Source: Nitrososphaeraceae archaeon
GTDB lineage: Archaea; Thermoproteota; Nitrososphaeria; Nitrososphaerales; Nitrososphaeraceae
Assembly: GCA_036566445.1 (NCBI GenBank)
Contig: DATCWH010000004.1
Coordinates: forward strand, 8,049-72,048
DNA length: 64,000 nucleotides
Direction of reading: 5' to 3'
The position numbers and the translations under genes were made by a program. Every line of letters starts with the position of its first letter. Position 1 is the first letter of the stretch. The notes beneath the pieces are model-generated. The model had not been told where the DNA came from and searched no databases. It worked only from the letters and a program-made list of their open reading frames with translations. Positions 51,274 through 61,540 of the stretch are shown piece by piece.

Positions 51274-51440
51274 TTTCCTACAGTTAAGTTTCTAACTATA
51301 TATTATTTTTATCTGTTTCATATGAAAAATCTATCCTATAAGATATACTGTTCTGCATCGAATTCTCTTTTCTCACCAGTTGGGAGATTAGTACAAACAT
51401 TGGGCTTTTCAATTATTCGTCACATTATTATAATGATAAT

Positions 51441-51917
51441 TTGGTATATTCTCAGATGCGTGTAAGATATTGGCGTTTAGGTGTTAATGACCTTCTAAAT
51501 TCAACATACCCTATCGAAAGGGCTAATCATTGGGACATTAAATGTCTACAAGGAGAGTATGAACACTTTGGAGTTTTTTGGTTTAGGTACGGCACTCCTT
51601 TTGATAAGGAACTAATAAATGGAATATGTTTCTATTATAACGACATACCGCAAGAAAAAGTTCAAAAATTATTAGATTTTCTGCAGGAAAAATATGGAGG
51701 CAAAGCATTGTTCAGGCAAAGTCGAGTTTTTCTTCAAGATTCTAGAGAATTCAGTGATAGAGACGAAATAGCTAATCTTGCAAATGAAATCAGTGTTAAA
51801 TTCAACGGGCCAATAGAAATTACTCTTGAATTTGAAAAAGTTACTCTAGAAGAACAAGAACAAAATGCATTTAATTTTCCTTCAGGTAAGGCACTTCCTA
51901 TCGCTGGTTCAGACTAG
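51441..51917 (+). CDS. Hypothetical protein
   Basis: Protein-like 158-aa ORF; the true start may be downstream. Confidence 0.65.
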   Translation: MVYSQMRVRYWRLGVNDLLNSTYPIERANHWDIKCLQGEYEHFGVFWFRYGTPFDKELINGICFYYNDIPQEKVQKLLDFLQEKYGGKALFRQSRVFLQDSREFSDRDEIANLANEISVKFNGPIEITLEFEKVTLEEQEQNAFNFPSGKALPIAGSD

Positions 51918-51975
51918 TGTAGGGAACAATAAAGATGCTCAGGTCAGATTGAAAATATCTTGTTCTGATTAGCTC

Positions 51976-52386
51976 TCAGTTATTATCTTCTAGGATGGAT
52001 TTTATTTTCTCTCTTAACTTGGATATACTGACCGGCTTGCTAATAAAATGAGTAACATTGACAGATGGAATAACTTTGCTGAATTCTTCCTTGTTAATTT
52101 CAAATGCTGTAATAAATGCAATCTTCATAGCAGGATCATTTTCCTTTATCCGTCTATAAAGCTCAAATCCATTTATTTTAGGCATTCGGATGTCGGTAAT
52201 TACAAGATCATAATATTTTGGAGGATGATTCTGAAAATTATTTATGGCATCATCACCTTTTGAAAATGTTTCAACCCTAAAATCATTTTTTGACTCTAAT
52301 CCTCTTTTTATGACCGAAAGGATATCGGATTCATCGTCCACAATCATTATGCGTGGTGGTGAATTATTTTTTTTACCTTCTGTCAT
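51976..52386 (-). CDS. Stand-alone response regulator receiver protein
   Basis: IVDDE, DLVITDIRMP..NGFEL, FITA and FISKP. Confidence 0.93.
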   Translation of the reverse strand: MTEGKKNNSPPRIMIVDDESDILSVIKRGLESKNDFRVETFSKGDDAINNFQNHPPKYYDLVITDIRMPKINGFELYRRIKENDPAMKIAFITAFEINKEEFSKVIPSVNVTHFISKPVSISKLREKIKSILEDNN

Positions 52387-52563
52387 ATGTCAAATTTTGA
52401 TATAATTGACATATATAATAAGTGTTTACGCACAATTTAAGAAAATTGAACCGGTCATGTTTCCAATTTGGAATCGTGTTTAGTAAGCAAAAAATAGCAT
52501 TTCTCATAGGTAGAATTTTCATTTGGAGAAAATTGATATATAGATAAAAATAACGACATAAAA

Positions 52564-53028
52564 ATGACTGAAAAATCAACTTGGTTAAGCCTCTTACAGG
52601 AGTCGAAAATTAAGGAATTCAATGAATGGAGAATGACCAACATCTTTGTGAAAATCGATTTGAGCGGAATGGATTTTTCAGGAAAGGATCTTTCAAATGC
52701 CTTTCTAAACGGCATCAAGTGTAACGGAACAAATTTGTCAAGATGCAATCTACAAAAGGCCAATTTTGCTCAATCTGAAGTTATGGATTCAAACATTGAA
52801 AATGCGGATTTAACAGATGCAATTTTTATTTATGGAAATTTGAAAAGTAGCAAATTAATGAATTCAAATCTAACTAGAACAAACTTTATGTGGTCAGATT
52901 TGAGAAATTGTGATTTCCGAGGATCTAAAATGAGAAAAACGGTCTTTGTTGAAGCCAAATTACAAAATGCAAAATTAGATCCATTCGATAATGAATCTGT
53001 TTATCTTAAATTCGCAAAGCTAGAATAA
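52564..53028 (+). CDS. Pentapeptide repeat protein
   Basis: EFNEWR followed by DLSGM/DFSGK/DLSNA/NLQKA/DLTDA repeats. Confidence 0.9.
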   Translation: MTEKSTWLSLLQESKIKEFNEWRMTNIFVKIDLSGMDFSGKDLSNAFLNGIKCNGTNLSRCNLQKANFAQSEVMDSNIENADLTDAIFIYGNLKSSKLMNSNLTRTNFMWSDLRNCDFRGSKMRKTVFVEAKLQNAKLDPFDNESVYLKFAKLE

Positions 53029-53117
53029 AAATCATTTTCAAGTCTAACTTAAAAATAATCCACGTCATCAGAGAAACTCCAATAGATTAATACGAATGAA
53101 ATATCTAGATAAATTGA

Positions 53118-54188
53118 TTGCAAGTAGATAAGATCCGAACTTTGAAGTTACTAAGTAAATGGTCATTAAATAGGGTCTTAGGTAAACGACGGCCACTAGT
53201 GGCTGTTTTCAGTTTGACCCATTATTGTAATTTTTATTGTCCTATGTGTCCTTTTGGTGATTCCAATAAAGAAGGGCAATTAAAACTTGTAAGTGAAAGG
53301 GATCTGGATACAGAACAATGGAAAAGCATTTTCGATAAGGCCTCAAAATATTGCGTCTGGTCAATTATTGAAGGTGGAGAACCAACAAGTCGACCAGATT
53401 TTATGGACCTTGTAAGTTACCTTCATAGTATTAATATGCCTACTTCATTGATTACAAACTGTTCACTTTTACACTCTATGGATCTTGAAAAACTAAGACA
53501 ATACATCCAATTTATTACTTGTAGCATTGACTCAGTTTATGAAGAACCCTATTGTAAAGTACGTGGCGTATCAAGCAAGTCATTTCACAAGGTTATGGAA
53601 AACATTGGACTCCTTAATCAAAGTAACATTTCACACTACTTCAATAGCGTAATTACAAAATTTAATACAGATGAATTTATTGATCAAAGTTATTTTGACA
53701 AAGCTAAAGAACTTGGTTCAAACGCGGTTTCCTTAACTTTTGTAGAAGATAGAGCTGATGTATCGTACTCATTATTGCCAGATAGAAACACTATGATGGA
53801 AGTTTGTGAAAGCATTTTGGATTACGGGAAAAAAAATTCTTCCCCTCAAATAATGATCCCGCCAGAGTATTTTGAACAAATTATCAAGTATGGGCGTACT
53901 ACTTTCGATGAGTGTGGAGTATGGAAGAGCACTTTTGTTAACGCGGATGGTACGGTCATGGTACCATGTTGGAAATTTAACAAGTCAGAGAACACATATA
54001 ATTTGCTTGAACAAACTATCGAAGAAGTCTGGAGCGCACCTCAATGGGATATAGCTAGAACTTGCCATGACTGCCAGGTACTTGGGTGTATATGGTATTC
54101 TTCTCAGCCCATTACGACTTTTGCTAAAAATTATATGAATGGATTATCAAGGATGATCAATCAACATAAACCAGGTTTACTTCACTGA
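53118..54188 (+). CDS. Radical SAM protein with SPASM/twitch-type C-terminus
   Basis: CNFYCPMC, GGEP and SID; C-terminal ECG...VNADG....PCW...CHDC...C. Confidence 0.9.
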   Translation: MQVDKIRTLKLLSKWSLNRVLGKRRPLVAVFSLTHYCNFYCPMCPFGDSNKEGQLKLVSERDLDTEQWKSIFDKASKYCVWSIIEGGEPTSRPDFMDLVSYLHSINMPTSLITNCSLLHSMDLEKLRQYIQFITCSIDSVYEEPYCKVRGVSSKSFHKVMENIGLLNQSNISHYFNSVITKFNTDEFIDQSYFDKAKELGSNAVSLTFVEDRADVSYSLLPDRNTMMEVCESILDYGKKNSSPQIMIPPEYFEQIIKYGRTTFDECGVWKSTFVNADGTVMVPCWKFNKSENTYNLLEQTIEEVWSAPQWDIARTCHDCQVLGCIWYSSQPITTFAKNYMNGLSRMINQHKPGLLH

Positions 54189-54451
54189 TTAAGTTATTCA
54201 AGTTTTGTGATGCAAACTGTCACTTATACAGACAACATTCATCTACAAAATTTGTTTTACACGTATATTCAAATTATCATCATCGTAGAATTCTATGGTT
54301 TTGAACTCTTCCTTTTTATTAACTCTCTTGGACCACCATAATCATATTGGTGCAACCTCGCATGCCGTTTACCATTCACCAGTACAAGTGTTTTACCCAT
54401 TACCACCTTTTCAGTTTTAATCTCATATCTTTGACCCTCATTTCTTGTTTA

Positions 54452-54778
54452 TCAGATCTCAAATACATCAGTTTCAGTAGGTAGTAGTTTTGTTTTTTTC
54501 TCTGGATTTACTTCATCTATACTAGTCAGTAGTTGAACAATTTTTACATTAGTGAGAATATTGCTTATTTGCTCCAACTCAGAACGTGATTTAATTAATA
54601 TTCCGCGTTTTTTTGTTGCTATTCCTGATGTATCAACTGGATTAATTTCTATAGCTATGTAAGCAGGTCTGCTTTTGTATTCGGGCAGTTTAATTAAGTA
54701 TACTCCGGGTATACTGGTTGCTTTCCTCTCCCAATCTTTACCTTCTTTTAGAAATTGAGATAACCTTTCGTCTACCAT
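54452..54778 (-). CDS. Hypothetical protein (PC4-like ssDNA-binding fold possible)
   Basis: DWERKATSIPGVYLIKLP...IEINPVD..G..TKKRG. Confidence 0.7.
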   Translation of the reverse strand: MVDERLSQFLKEGKDWERKATSIPGVYLIKLPEYKSRPAYIAIEINPVDTSGIATKKRGILIKSRSELEQISNILTNVKIVQLLTSIDEVNPEKKTKLLPTETDVFEI

Positions 54779-55244
54779 GCATTATTTATCTATTCCACTA
54801 TTTTTAAAACCTACGGTATCTGTAAGACTACATTACAGAAATTAGTATAAGGCTTTTGCGTGATATTAATAATCATACTATTGATTTTTCCAACTCGTTA
54901 AACCTTCTCCTGCTCCTTTCGTCACCAGATGATGTTGAATATTGTATCGCACTTGATGTATGATTGATTAATTCTGACTAACCTTTTTACTCAAAATTCA
55001 AAATTCATAGTTATACTGTTTCTAGATCTTTCGTTATTCATGAGACTAAGAAATTTAGTCCTTTTATTAGTATAAAGTTTATGTTACTGTCAATTAAAAT
55101 CAAATTAATTAATCTTACAATACAAAGAATTTCCTACCATTAAACTTTTGAACTGCCAACATCGATTGAATGTACAGTATGGAGTCAAATGAGGGTTCTT
55201 CTTTAACTTACACGAGATCTGAATGCTTCTATAAATTACCCTTT

Positions 55245-55583
55245 TTAAATTGGAAATTCAATGGATGTAGTATCCAATTCAAGTATAGGAATATAAATTG
55301 AATGTGTATCATTTCCTATCTTTTCAACAAAGCTATAATCTCCCGTTAATTGCCTCAATTCAATGAATTTCTTATTTGGTTTTTCCTTTTCAACAATGTA
55401 ATGAACTAATGCTCCGCCCAGCGCCCCAGTTTCAACAAAGAGAATTTCTTTTGCTTTATACGTTATGTGATAAAGCATTGGAGTTAATCCTAAGGCAGAC
55501 TGAGAAGAAAACAATATCACTTTTAGCATGTCGTTCAGGTTCTTGTATTTCAGAAATGTTAGTGAGGATTCTTCCTTTGTCAT
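55245..55583 (-). CDS. Hypothetical archaeal protein
   Basis: Clean 112-aa ORF ending IYIPILEL. Confidence 0.7.
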   Translation of the reverse strand: MTKEESSLTFLKYKNLNDMLKVILFSSQSALGLTPMLYHITYKAKEILFVETGALGGALVHYIVEKEKPNKKFIELRQLTGDYSFVEKIGNDTHSIYIPILELDTTSIEFPI

Positions 55584-55853
55584 ACAAATGATACAAAAGA
55601 TACTTGAATTTCATTGTATCGTTTTGTATTGAATCCAAATGCAATATTTTCCTAGATCACTATGATTAAGAACAATAAAGAATTTCATATTGGATATTAG
55701 CAGTGAATGACCGCCAATCACGTATTTGACAAGGACAAACTGGATAATCACACGGAAGAGACGGTAACGAAATAGGATTTGTGTTAGAAGAGATAGCTCG
55801 AGATTACTATAGTTCAAATATAGGGTGGTTCATATGAACATTATATTAAGGAA

Positions 55854-57140
55854 ATGAACGAAAAGAAAATATTATTCTTAATCTCATTATTAGCATTTAT
55901 TGCAATCATCGGTTATGAAGCTTTTAGTTCTTCTGTCAAGTTTGTAACCGCACAAATACCATTAACTGAAAACTCTACCTTCCAAGGTTCCCTGGCTCTT
56001 CCAGATCTCTTTTCAAAGGTTCAAAAATCAGTAGTACAAGTGACTGAGCGTGATAATTCTAATGAATTTGGATCGCGATTAGGCTCGGGATTTGTCTATG
56101 ATAAAGATGGTCATGTAATCACAAATTCTCATGTAGTAGCACCGGGCTCCAATAATGATAATGAATTGCAAGTTAGTTTCCTAGACGGTAATGTTTATCC
56201 TGCGGACCTTGTTGGTTTTGATGAATTTGCAGATATGGCTGTCATTAAGGTAAAAAATATTTCTTCAGATAAGTTAACACCACTGCCTCTCGCCAATTCC
56301 TCTTCTTTAAGGATTGGCGATACGGTTGTTGCAATTGGAAATCCGTTTGGACTGTCGGGTTCAATGACTGTGGGAATAGTAAGTGGTTTGGGTAGGCTAT
56401 TGCCCTCAAATGAGAATGCAGGTAATTTTGCAGAGCCAGGATCGTCATTCTCTATCCCAAATATCATACAAACCGATGCAGCTATTAATCCTGGAAATTC
56501 AGGTGGCCCTCTCATTGATACTCAAGGTAGAGCGATTGGAATCAATACTGCAATATTTTCTAACACTGGCGTCTACTCTGGAGTTGGTTTTGCTATCCCA
56601 TCTAACACCATTAGTAAAATTGCCACTTCCCTTATCCAAAATGGTTCATACCAGCATCCATACATTGGAATAATTGGTCTTGGTCTTAGTCCAGATTTGT
56701 CCAAACAGATTGGATTGAAGGAAACTAAAGGATTTCTAATAACTAGTATCACCAAAGGGAGTCCTGGTGACAAATCTGGTTTACGAGCAGGATCAACTAC
56801 AACTACGTATAATGGAAGAGATGTTGATGTGGGAGGCGATATTATATTAAAAATTGATAACAGAGAAGTATCGAAGATTGACGATATCTTGGCATATCTT
56901 GAAACCGAGAAACAGGTTGGAGATAAGGTACATCTTACTATTATGAGAGATAATGCAATTAGGGAATTAGACCTAACACTGGGAGAAAGGCCCGAGCAAG
57001 AGAAAATAGGTTCATCACTGGATGATTTTTCTAACAGAGTTCCTCCCGAAAATGGCGATAATAACTCTCCAGAAGAGCTATATGATGAATGTGTTAGTGT
57101 AGCTGGAAAAAGTTTTTGTGACTTTCTATTCAGGAGATAG
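55854..57140 (+). CDS. htrA: HtrA/DegP-like serine protease with PDZ domain
   Basis: GSGF, ITNSHVV, DMAV, AIGNPFGL, QTDAAINPGNSGGPL and a PDZ domain (GDII). Confidence 0.95.
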   Translation: MNEKKILFLISLLAFIAIIGYEAFSSSVKFVTAQIPLTENSTFQGSLALPDLFSKVQKSVVQVTERDNSNEFGSRLGSGFVYDKDGHVITNSHVVAPGSNNDNELQVSFLDGNVYPADLVGFDEFADMAVIKVKNISSDKLTPLPLANSSSLRIGDTVVAIGNPFGLSGSMTVGIVSGLGRLLPSNENAGNFAEPGSSFSIPNIIQTDAAINPGNSGGPLIDTQGRAIGINTAIFSNTGVYSGVGFAIPSNTISKIATSLIQNGSYQHPYIGIIGLGLSPDLSKQIGLKETKGFLITSITKGSPGDKSGLRAGSTTTTYNGRDVDVGGDIILKIDNREVSKIDDILAYLETEKQVGDKVHLTIMRDNAIRELDLTLGERPEQEKIGSSLDDFSNRVPPENGDNNSPEELYDECVSVAGKSFCDFLFRR

Positions 57141-57218
57141 TGTTACTAAATAACATTTTCATCGAATAAATATTTCAAGATCTTTTCAACTTTCTAAAAT
57201 TTAATTAGCGCTAATTCT

Positions 57219-57605
57219 TCATCCGAGTTTTTCTGATTTTATATACCATTTTCCAGAACGCATACCTAATACAATAGTTCCAATATAGGTACCTTTCTTG
57301 TATACTTTAGCAAATTCTTTTCCAAGGCCAAAAAATGAAATCAAGAGATTATGTTTTTGATGGTAACCTGATTCTATAACTTTCATACTCAATTTGACAC
57401 TTGCCTTAATAATTATTTTGCGTGCATCAGACCAATTTCCACTCCATGAGATGATTTCAAAATCTCCAAAATTCTTTGATGAAATCTGATAACCTTCTAG
57501 CCGTGCCTTAAATTCCTTTTTTTTCTCCTTTGAATATGAATTCATCCATTCTATGGCTCTATGCCCCATTCCATTTTCGACTCCGAAATTGTCTGTACCG
57601 GCCAA
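57219..57605 (-). CDS. Hypothetical protein
   Basis: Protein-like 128-aa ORF with a TTG start. Confidence 0.65.
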   Translation of the reverse strand: MAGTDNFGVENGMGHRAIEWMNSYSKEKKKEFKARLEGYQISSKNFGDFEIISWSGNWSDARKIIIKASVKLSMKVIESGYHQKHNLLISFFGLGKEFAKVYKKGTYIGTIVLGMRSGKWYIKSEKLG

Positions 57606-57837
57606 TTAATTAATTGTCTGAGATTAATAATTTTAAACTTTTTAAAAGGTCATTAATTTAGAATTGAAAATCATAAGGCAATTGACTAAAAAAAATAGAA
57701 ATTGGCTGTCATGTTCTTCAGACTATGAACATAGCTTAAAGATCTCCAGTTCCTTTCATATGTATACAATATTAAAATTCCCTAATTTCGATACAGAAAA
57801 CGAATGATTTAAGTAAACTACTGTTCGTATATTCATT

Positions 57838-58464
57838 ATGTCTAGCGAAGTTAATATTCGTGGAAGTCCTAATCACTTCATAGTTCTCGACGCAATATCA
57901 AGAGGAATGAATAATATCGGGAAGATATCAAAGGTGTCAAAGTTATCCGAAAGTGAAGTTGAATTAATATTGACTGATCTTGTTTTTCAGAGATTAGCAA
58001 TAAGGAACGAGAAGAGAGGGTTCTTTGGTAGGAAAAAAATTGAATTAAAGATAACTGAGGCAGGGATGAATCTTCTTGGAAATAAGAAGAAGGAATTACA
58101 GGACAAGGTTCAAGAAATGCAACAAAACTATAACAATGGAAACAGATCACAGCTTGAATCACTTATGGATTCAAATAGAGCATGGATGCCGATGATGCTA
58201 TTTTCAGGAATAATGAACATACTGTTTTTCACTTCAATGATGTCGTTAATGGGTATGGCGTTAACTCCTATGGAAAGCTCTCTTTCTCAGGGTGGCGCGA
58301 ACGCTGATAGTAGTGGAAATGCGGACAGTAGTTCTGCAGGAAGTGACAGTAGTTCTGCAGGAAGTGACAGTAGTTCCGATAGTTCCGGCGCTGATTCCCA
58401 AGCAGGGAGTGATACTGGCGGATTCGATGGCGGCGGATTCGATGGCGGCGGATTCGACTTTTAG
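57838..58464 (+). CDS. Winged-helix protein with a Met-rich hydrophobic segment and Gly/Asp/Ser tail
   Basis: MarR-like ...L.ITE.G, then PMMLFSGIMNILFFTSMMSLMGM, then a DSSSAGS and GGFDG repeat tail. Confidence 0.75.
   Translation: MSSEVNIRGSPNHFIVLDAISRGMNNIGKISKVSKLSESEVELILTDLVFQRLAIRNEKRGFFGRKKIELKITEAGMNLLGNKKKELQDKVQEMQQNYNNGNRSQLESLMDSNRAWMPMMLFSGIMNILFFTSMMSLMGMALTPMESSLSQGGANADSSGNADSSSAGSDSSSAGSDSSSDSSGADSQAGSDTGGFDGGGFDGGGFDF
58324..58457 (+). repeat. In-frame tandem repeats (21 bp x about 2.5; 15 bp x about 2.7)
   Basis: gacagtagttctgcaggaagt from 58324 and ggcggattcgatggc from 58417. Confidence 0.85.
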
Positions 58465-58601
58465 TACTGGTATTATCTCAGATTGATTAAAAGATGTAGA
58501 AATAAAGCCTTGGGGAATAGTTATTGGAAATTGTCAAGTCCCAACGGCTATGGAATCATTTTTCAGTGATAAAAATAGTAACCTAAGATCAATTTATGAA
58601 G

Positions 58602-59357
58602 TTATTGTTTTTTCTCAGTAGTATTGGATGTCTTGTTATATCTTAGAAGAGTCTCGACAATCCAATTTACGTCGTCATTCGTTTTAGCAAGATGTGCGAT
58701 CTTTATACAGTCCCTTATGTCCTTTGATCTCATTTTGTGCCATACCTGAGTAGATACCTCTTTTGCGATATCCTTCGAAATACTTTCTTGCCCCAACATG
58801 TGAATTGATATATCCAGAAAATTTTCAAATTTGTATTGTTTGAAGTGTAATACCATGAATCTCGAAAGCAATGGAGTGAGCATGTGTGTAGTTTCATTTG
58901 TAGTTGCAAAAACCCATGTCTTGAGTTGAGTATTTCTTGTCTTCAAGTGCTTTGTTTCTGCTATTATTCCTGTTTCCATAAGACTAAGGAGAACTGTCTG
59001 ATCTCTGATCGACATATGTTCAATCTCATCAATAATCAAATATCTCGGACGCTTTTCAAATAAATAGTCCACCATCCCAGATTTGGTACTATGCGTACCT
59101 AGTGTAAAATAGGAACGTTCAAGTTTCATGCATCCAAGCATAAACAATGTTTTTGCTGATGCAGGTGGACCAACAAGCAAGATATGAATTGGTCTTTGTG
59201 AGTCAAAGGATAAGTAAAATAATTTTTTGATATCATCGTAACCTATAATGTTGTCAAAGAGGTCATATTGCAAGGAAGATTTATTTGAATTATTATCAAT
59301 TGTATTTCTGTTCGCAGTTACTTCCTTTTCAATAGACATTCCCTTCACTTGGTACAT
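58602..59357 (-). CDS. Small MCM-like AAA+ ATPase (ATPase domain only)
   Basis: IIGYDDIK, HILLVGPPASAKT, IIDEIEHM, LSLMETG, FATTN and PLLSRF. Confidence 0.82.
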   Translation of the reverse strand: MYQVKGMSIEKEVTANRNTIDNNSNKSSLQYDLFDNIIGYDDIKKLFYLSFDSQRPIHILLVGPPASAKTLFMLGCMKLERSYFTLGTHSTKSGMVDYLFEKRPRYLIIDEIEHMSIRDQTVLLSLMETGIIAETKHLKTRNTQLKTWVFATTNETTHMLTPLLSRFMVLHFKQYKFENFLDISIHMLGQESISKDIAKEVSTQVWHKMRSKDIRDCIKIAHLAKTNDDVNWIVETLLRYNKTSNTTEKKQ

Positions 59358-59807
59358 TTGAATTGAGTGATATAGGCTTTCCTACGAAATCATGATGTCT
59401 AATTACTTTAATTTAATAGACGAAAATTAAATCAAATTTCAAATTTGTCATAGTAGCTTAAAGACAAATTAGTTGATTCCACTTGTTTATCAATACCATC
59501 CAATCTTCATCTTGAAACTTAAGTAGATAAATAGTAAATATTTGACTAGAACATAGAATTTATTTTTGGTAAACTTCCTTAATCTCATCACTCGGTATTT
59601 AATAAATGACATACTTGCTAACTATTAGTATCTATTATTTATGGTTCCCTATTAATTGATAGATAAGCCAGAGTCACCTTTGATTATCCAACATGGTAAT
59701 AACTGCTCAGTTTAAATTATTCGTATGTATGGCCATGATTATTGGTCTCCTAAAAATCACCTTAACTAGGTAAATTATTATAGACTTCAATAACCATCAA
59801 TTCATCA

Positions 59808-60884
59808 ATGCTTCATAGCAAGAACCACAAAGATAATGGTAAAATAAGCAAGGGATCAAAGGATCTTTTGACTGTAAAATGGGAAAATAATCAAGTGGTA
59901 ATGATTGATCAAACGAAGTTACCAGGTAAATTAGTATATGTTAGATACAAGAAATATGAGGACGTTGCTAGAGCTATAAAACGATTAATTGTTAGGGGAG
60001 CTCCTGCTATTGGTGTTGCGGCTGCATTTGGAATGTCGTTGGCTGCAAACTCAAGCAAGGCAAAAACCCCAAAAGCTCTGTTGGGAGAACTTAAAATTGC
60101 CTACGACAGATTAAGATCAACCAGACCTACGGCCGTTAATTTAGCTTGGGCACTTGATCAAATAATGAATGAAGCAGCTTCAAAAAATAATGTTGAAGAT
60201 ATCAAAAAATCAATTATACTTTTCTCTCTTAATTTGGCAAAGGAAGATATTACAAAAAATAAGAAATTGGGAAAGAATGGAGCTGATATTATACATAACG
60301 ATGAGGTAATACTCACCCATTGTAATGCAGGTTCACTAGCAACAGTTACATACGGTACCGCACTGGGAGTACTTAGAGCAGCAAATGATATGGGTAAGAA
60401 GATTCGGGTGATTGCAACTGAAACAAGACCTGTGATGCAAGGCTCTCGACTAACTGCATTTGAACTAGATCACTATGGTATAGATTTTTGTTTGATCTCT
60501 GATACTGCAGTAGGACATTTAATGTCCAAGAGTATAATCAATCGTGTAATAGTAGGTGCAGATAGAATATTGAAAACTGGACACGTCTACAATAAAATTG
60601 GCACATACCAGGTTGCTGCGCTGGCAAAGAGGCATGATATTCCTTTTTATGTGGCCGCTCCCATATCGACATTTGATTTAACGAGTAATGTGAATGAGGT
60701 AGTTATTGAAGAAAGAAACAAAAATGAATTGACGAAAATGGGGAACAAGTTATTAGCTCCAAAGGGTATCAAAGTTTTTAATCCCGCATTTGATGTAACC
60801 CCTCCAGAATTGATAACAGGAATTATTACTGAAAAGGGCATTTTAAGGCCGCCATACGAAGAAAGTATATCAAAAAAAATCTAA
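59808..60884 (+). CDS. mtnA: Methylthioribose-1-phosphate isomerase
   Basis: DQTKLP, VRGAPAIG, RPTAVNL, THCNAGSLAT, ETRP..QGSRLT and NPAFDVTP. Confidence 0.95.
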   Translation: MLHSKNHKDNGKISKGSKDLLTVKWENNQVVMIDQTKLPGKLVYVRYKKYEDVARAIKRLIVRGAPAIGVAAAFGMSLAANSSKAKTPKALLGELKIAYDRLRSTRPTAVNLAWALDQIMNEAASKNNVEDIKKSIILFSLNLAKEDITKNKKLGKNGADIIHNDEVILTHCNAGSLATVTYGTALGVLRAANDMGKKIRVIATETRPVMQGSRLTAFELDHYGIDFCLISDTAVGHLMSKSIINRVIVGADRILKTGHVYNKIGTYQVAALAKRHDIPFYVAAPISTFDLTSNVNEVVIEERNKNELTKMGNKLLAPKGIKVFNPAFDVTPPELITGIITEKGILRPPYEESISKKI

Positions 60885-60929
60885 GATATGGATAAAGTAT
60901 TTAATCTCTAAGGCCATTTTTAATATTAG

Positions 60930-61532
60930 ATGTCAAAAAGTATTAGTCAAGAGCAGGTATATTCCGTATTAAGGAAATGCATGGATCCAGAGATCCCCGT
61001 TAATATAGTGGATTTAGGTTTAGTCTATGGTGTAAACGTAAATGAGACAAATGACGTCGATATTGAAATGACTATGACGACAAGGGGTTGTCCACTTCAC
61101 GACACCCTAGTTAGTGATGTTAAGAGATATATAGGAAAAATTGATGGCGTAGGTAACATTAATGTCTCAATAGTCTGGGATCCACCCTGGAATATAGAAA
61201 GAATAGAACCTTCAGTCAGAGAAAAACTAGGATTTGGAAGGCCAAAGTTGAGGTTTCAAGTTGATTATGAAAAGTACCAACCATTGCTTAAGGGCAGGTT
61301 GATTACTCAAGAGGACGGTTCGTTAATTCTTGAAAATGAAAAAGAGCAGAGATTTATGGTGAATCAGGCAATTGTTGATTTTTGGAATAGTTGCGATGGA
61401 ACAAAAACAATTACCCAGTTAGCTGATCATTTTTCGTCCAAATTGGGATTACCTAGACAACAAGTCGAACAAGAAGTAGTTCAACTCGTACAACAATTAC
61501 TTGAATCTGAATTATTAAGACCGCAAGCATAG
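60930..61532 (+). CDS. DUF59 (SufT/PaaD-like Fe-S maturation) domain fused to a PqqD-like domain
   Basis: DPEIPVNIVDLGLV, TMTTRGCP and WDPPW; C-terminal VN.....FW..CDG..T...L.....Q....L....LL. Confidence 0.85.
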   Translation: MSKSISQEQVYSVLRKCMDPEIPVNIVDLGLVYGVNVNETNDVDIEMTMTTRGCPLHDTLVSDVKRYIGKIDGVGNINVSIVWDPPWNIERIEPSVREKLGFGRPKLRFQVDYEKYQPLLKGRLITQEDGSLILENEKEQRFMVNQAIVDFWNSCDGTKTITQLADHFSSKLGLPRQQVEQEVVQLVQQLLESELLRPQA

Positions 61533-61540
61533 CGAAATAC

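Noticed and set aside
54925-54980. C/D-box sRNA (ATGATG...CTGA)
   Set aside because: The boxes are degenerate, expected by chance in AT-rich DNA, and no guide target could be verified.
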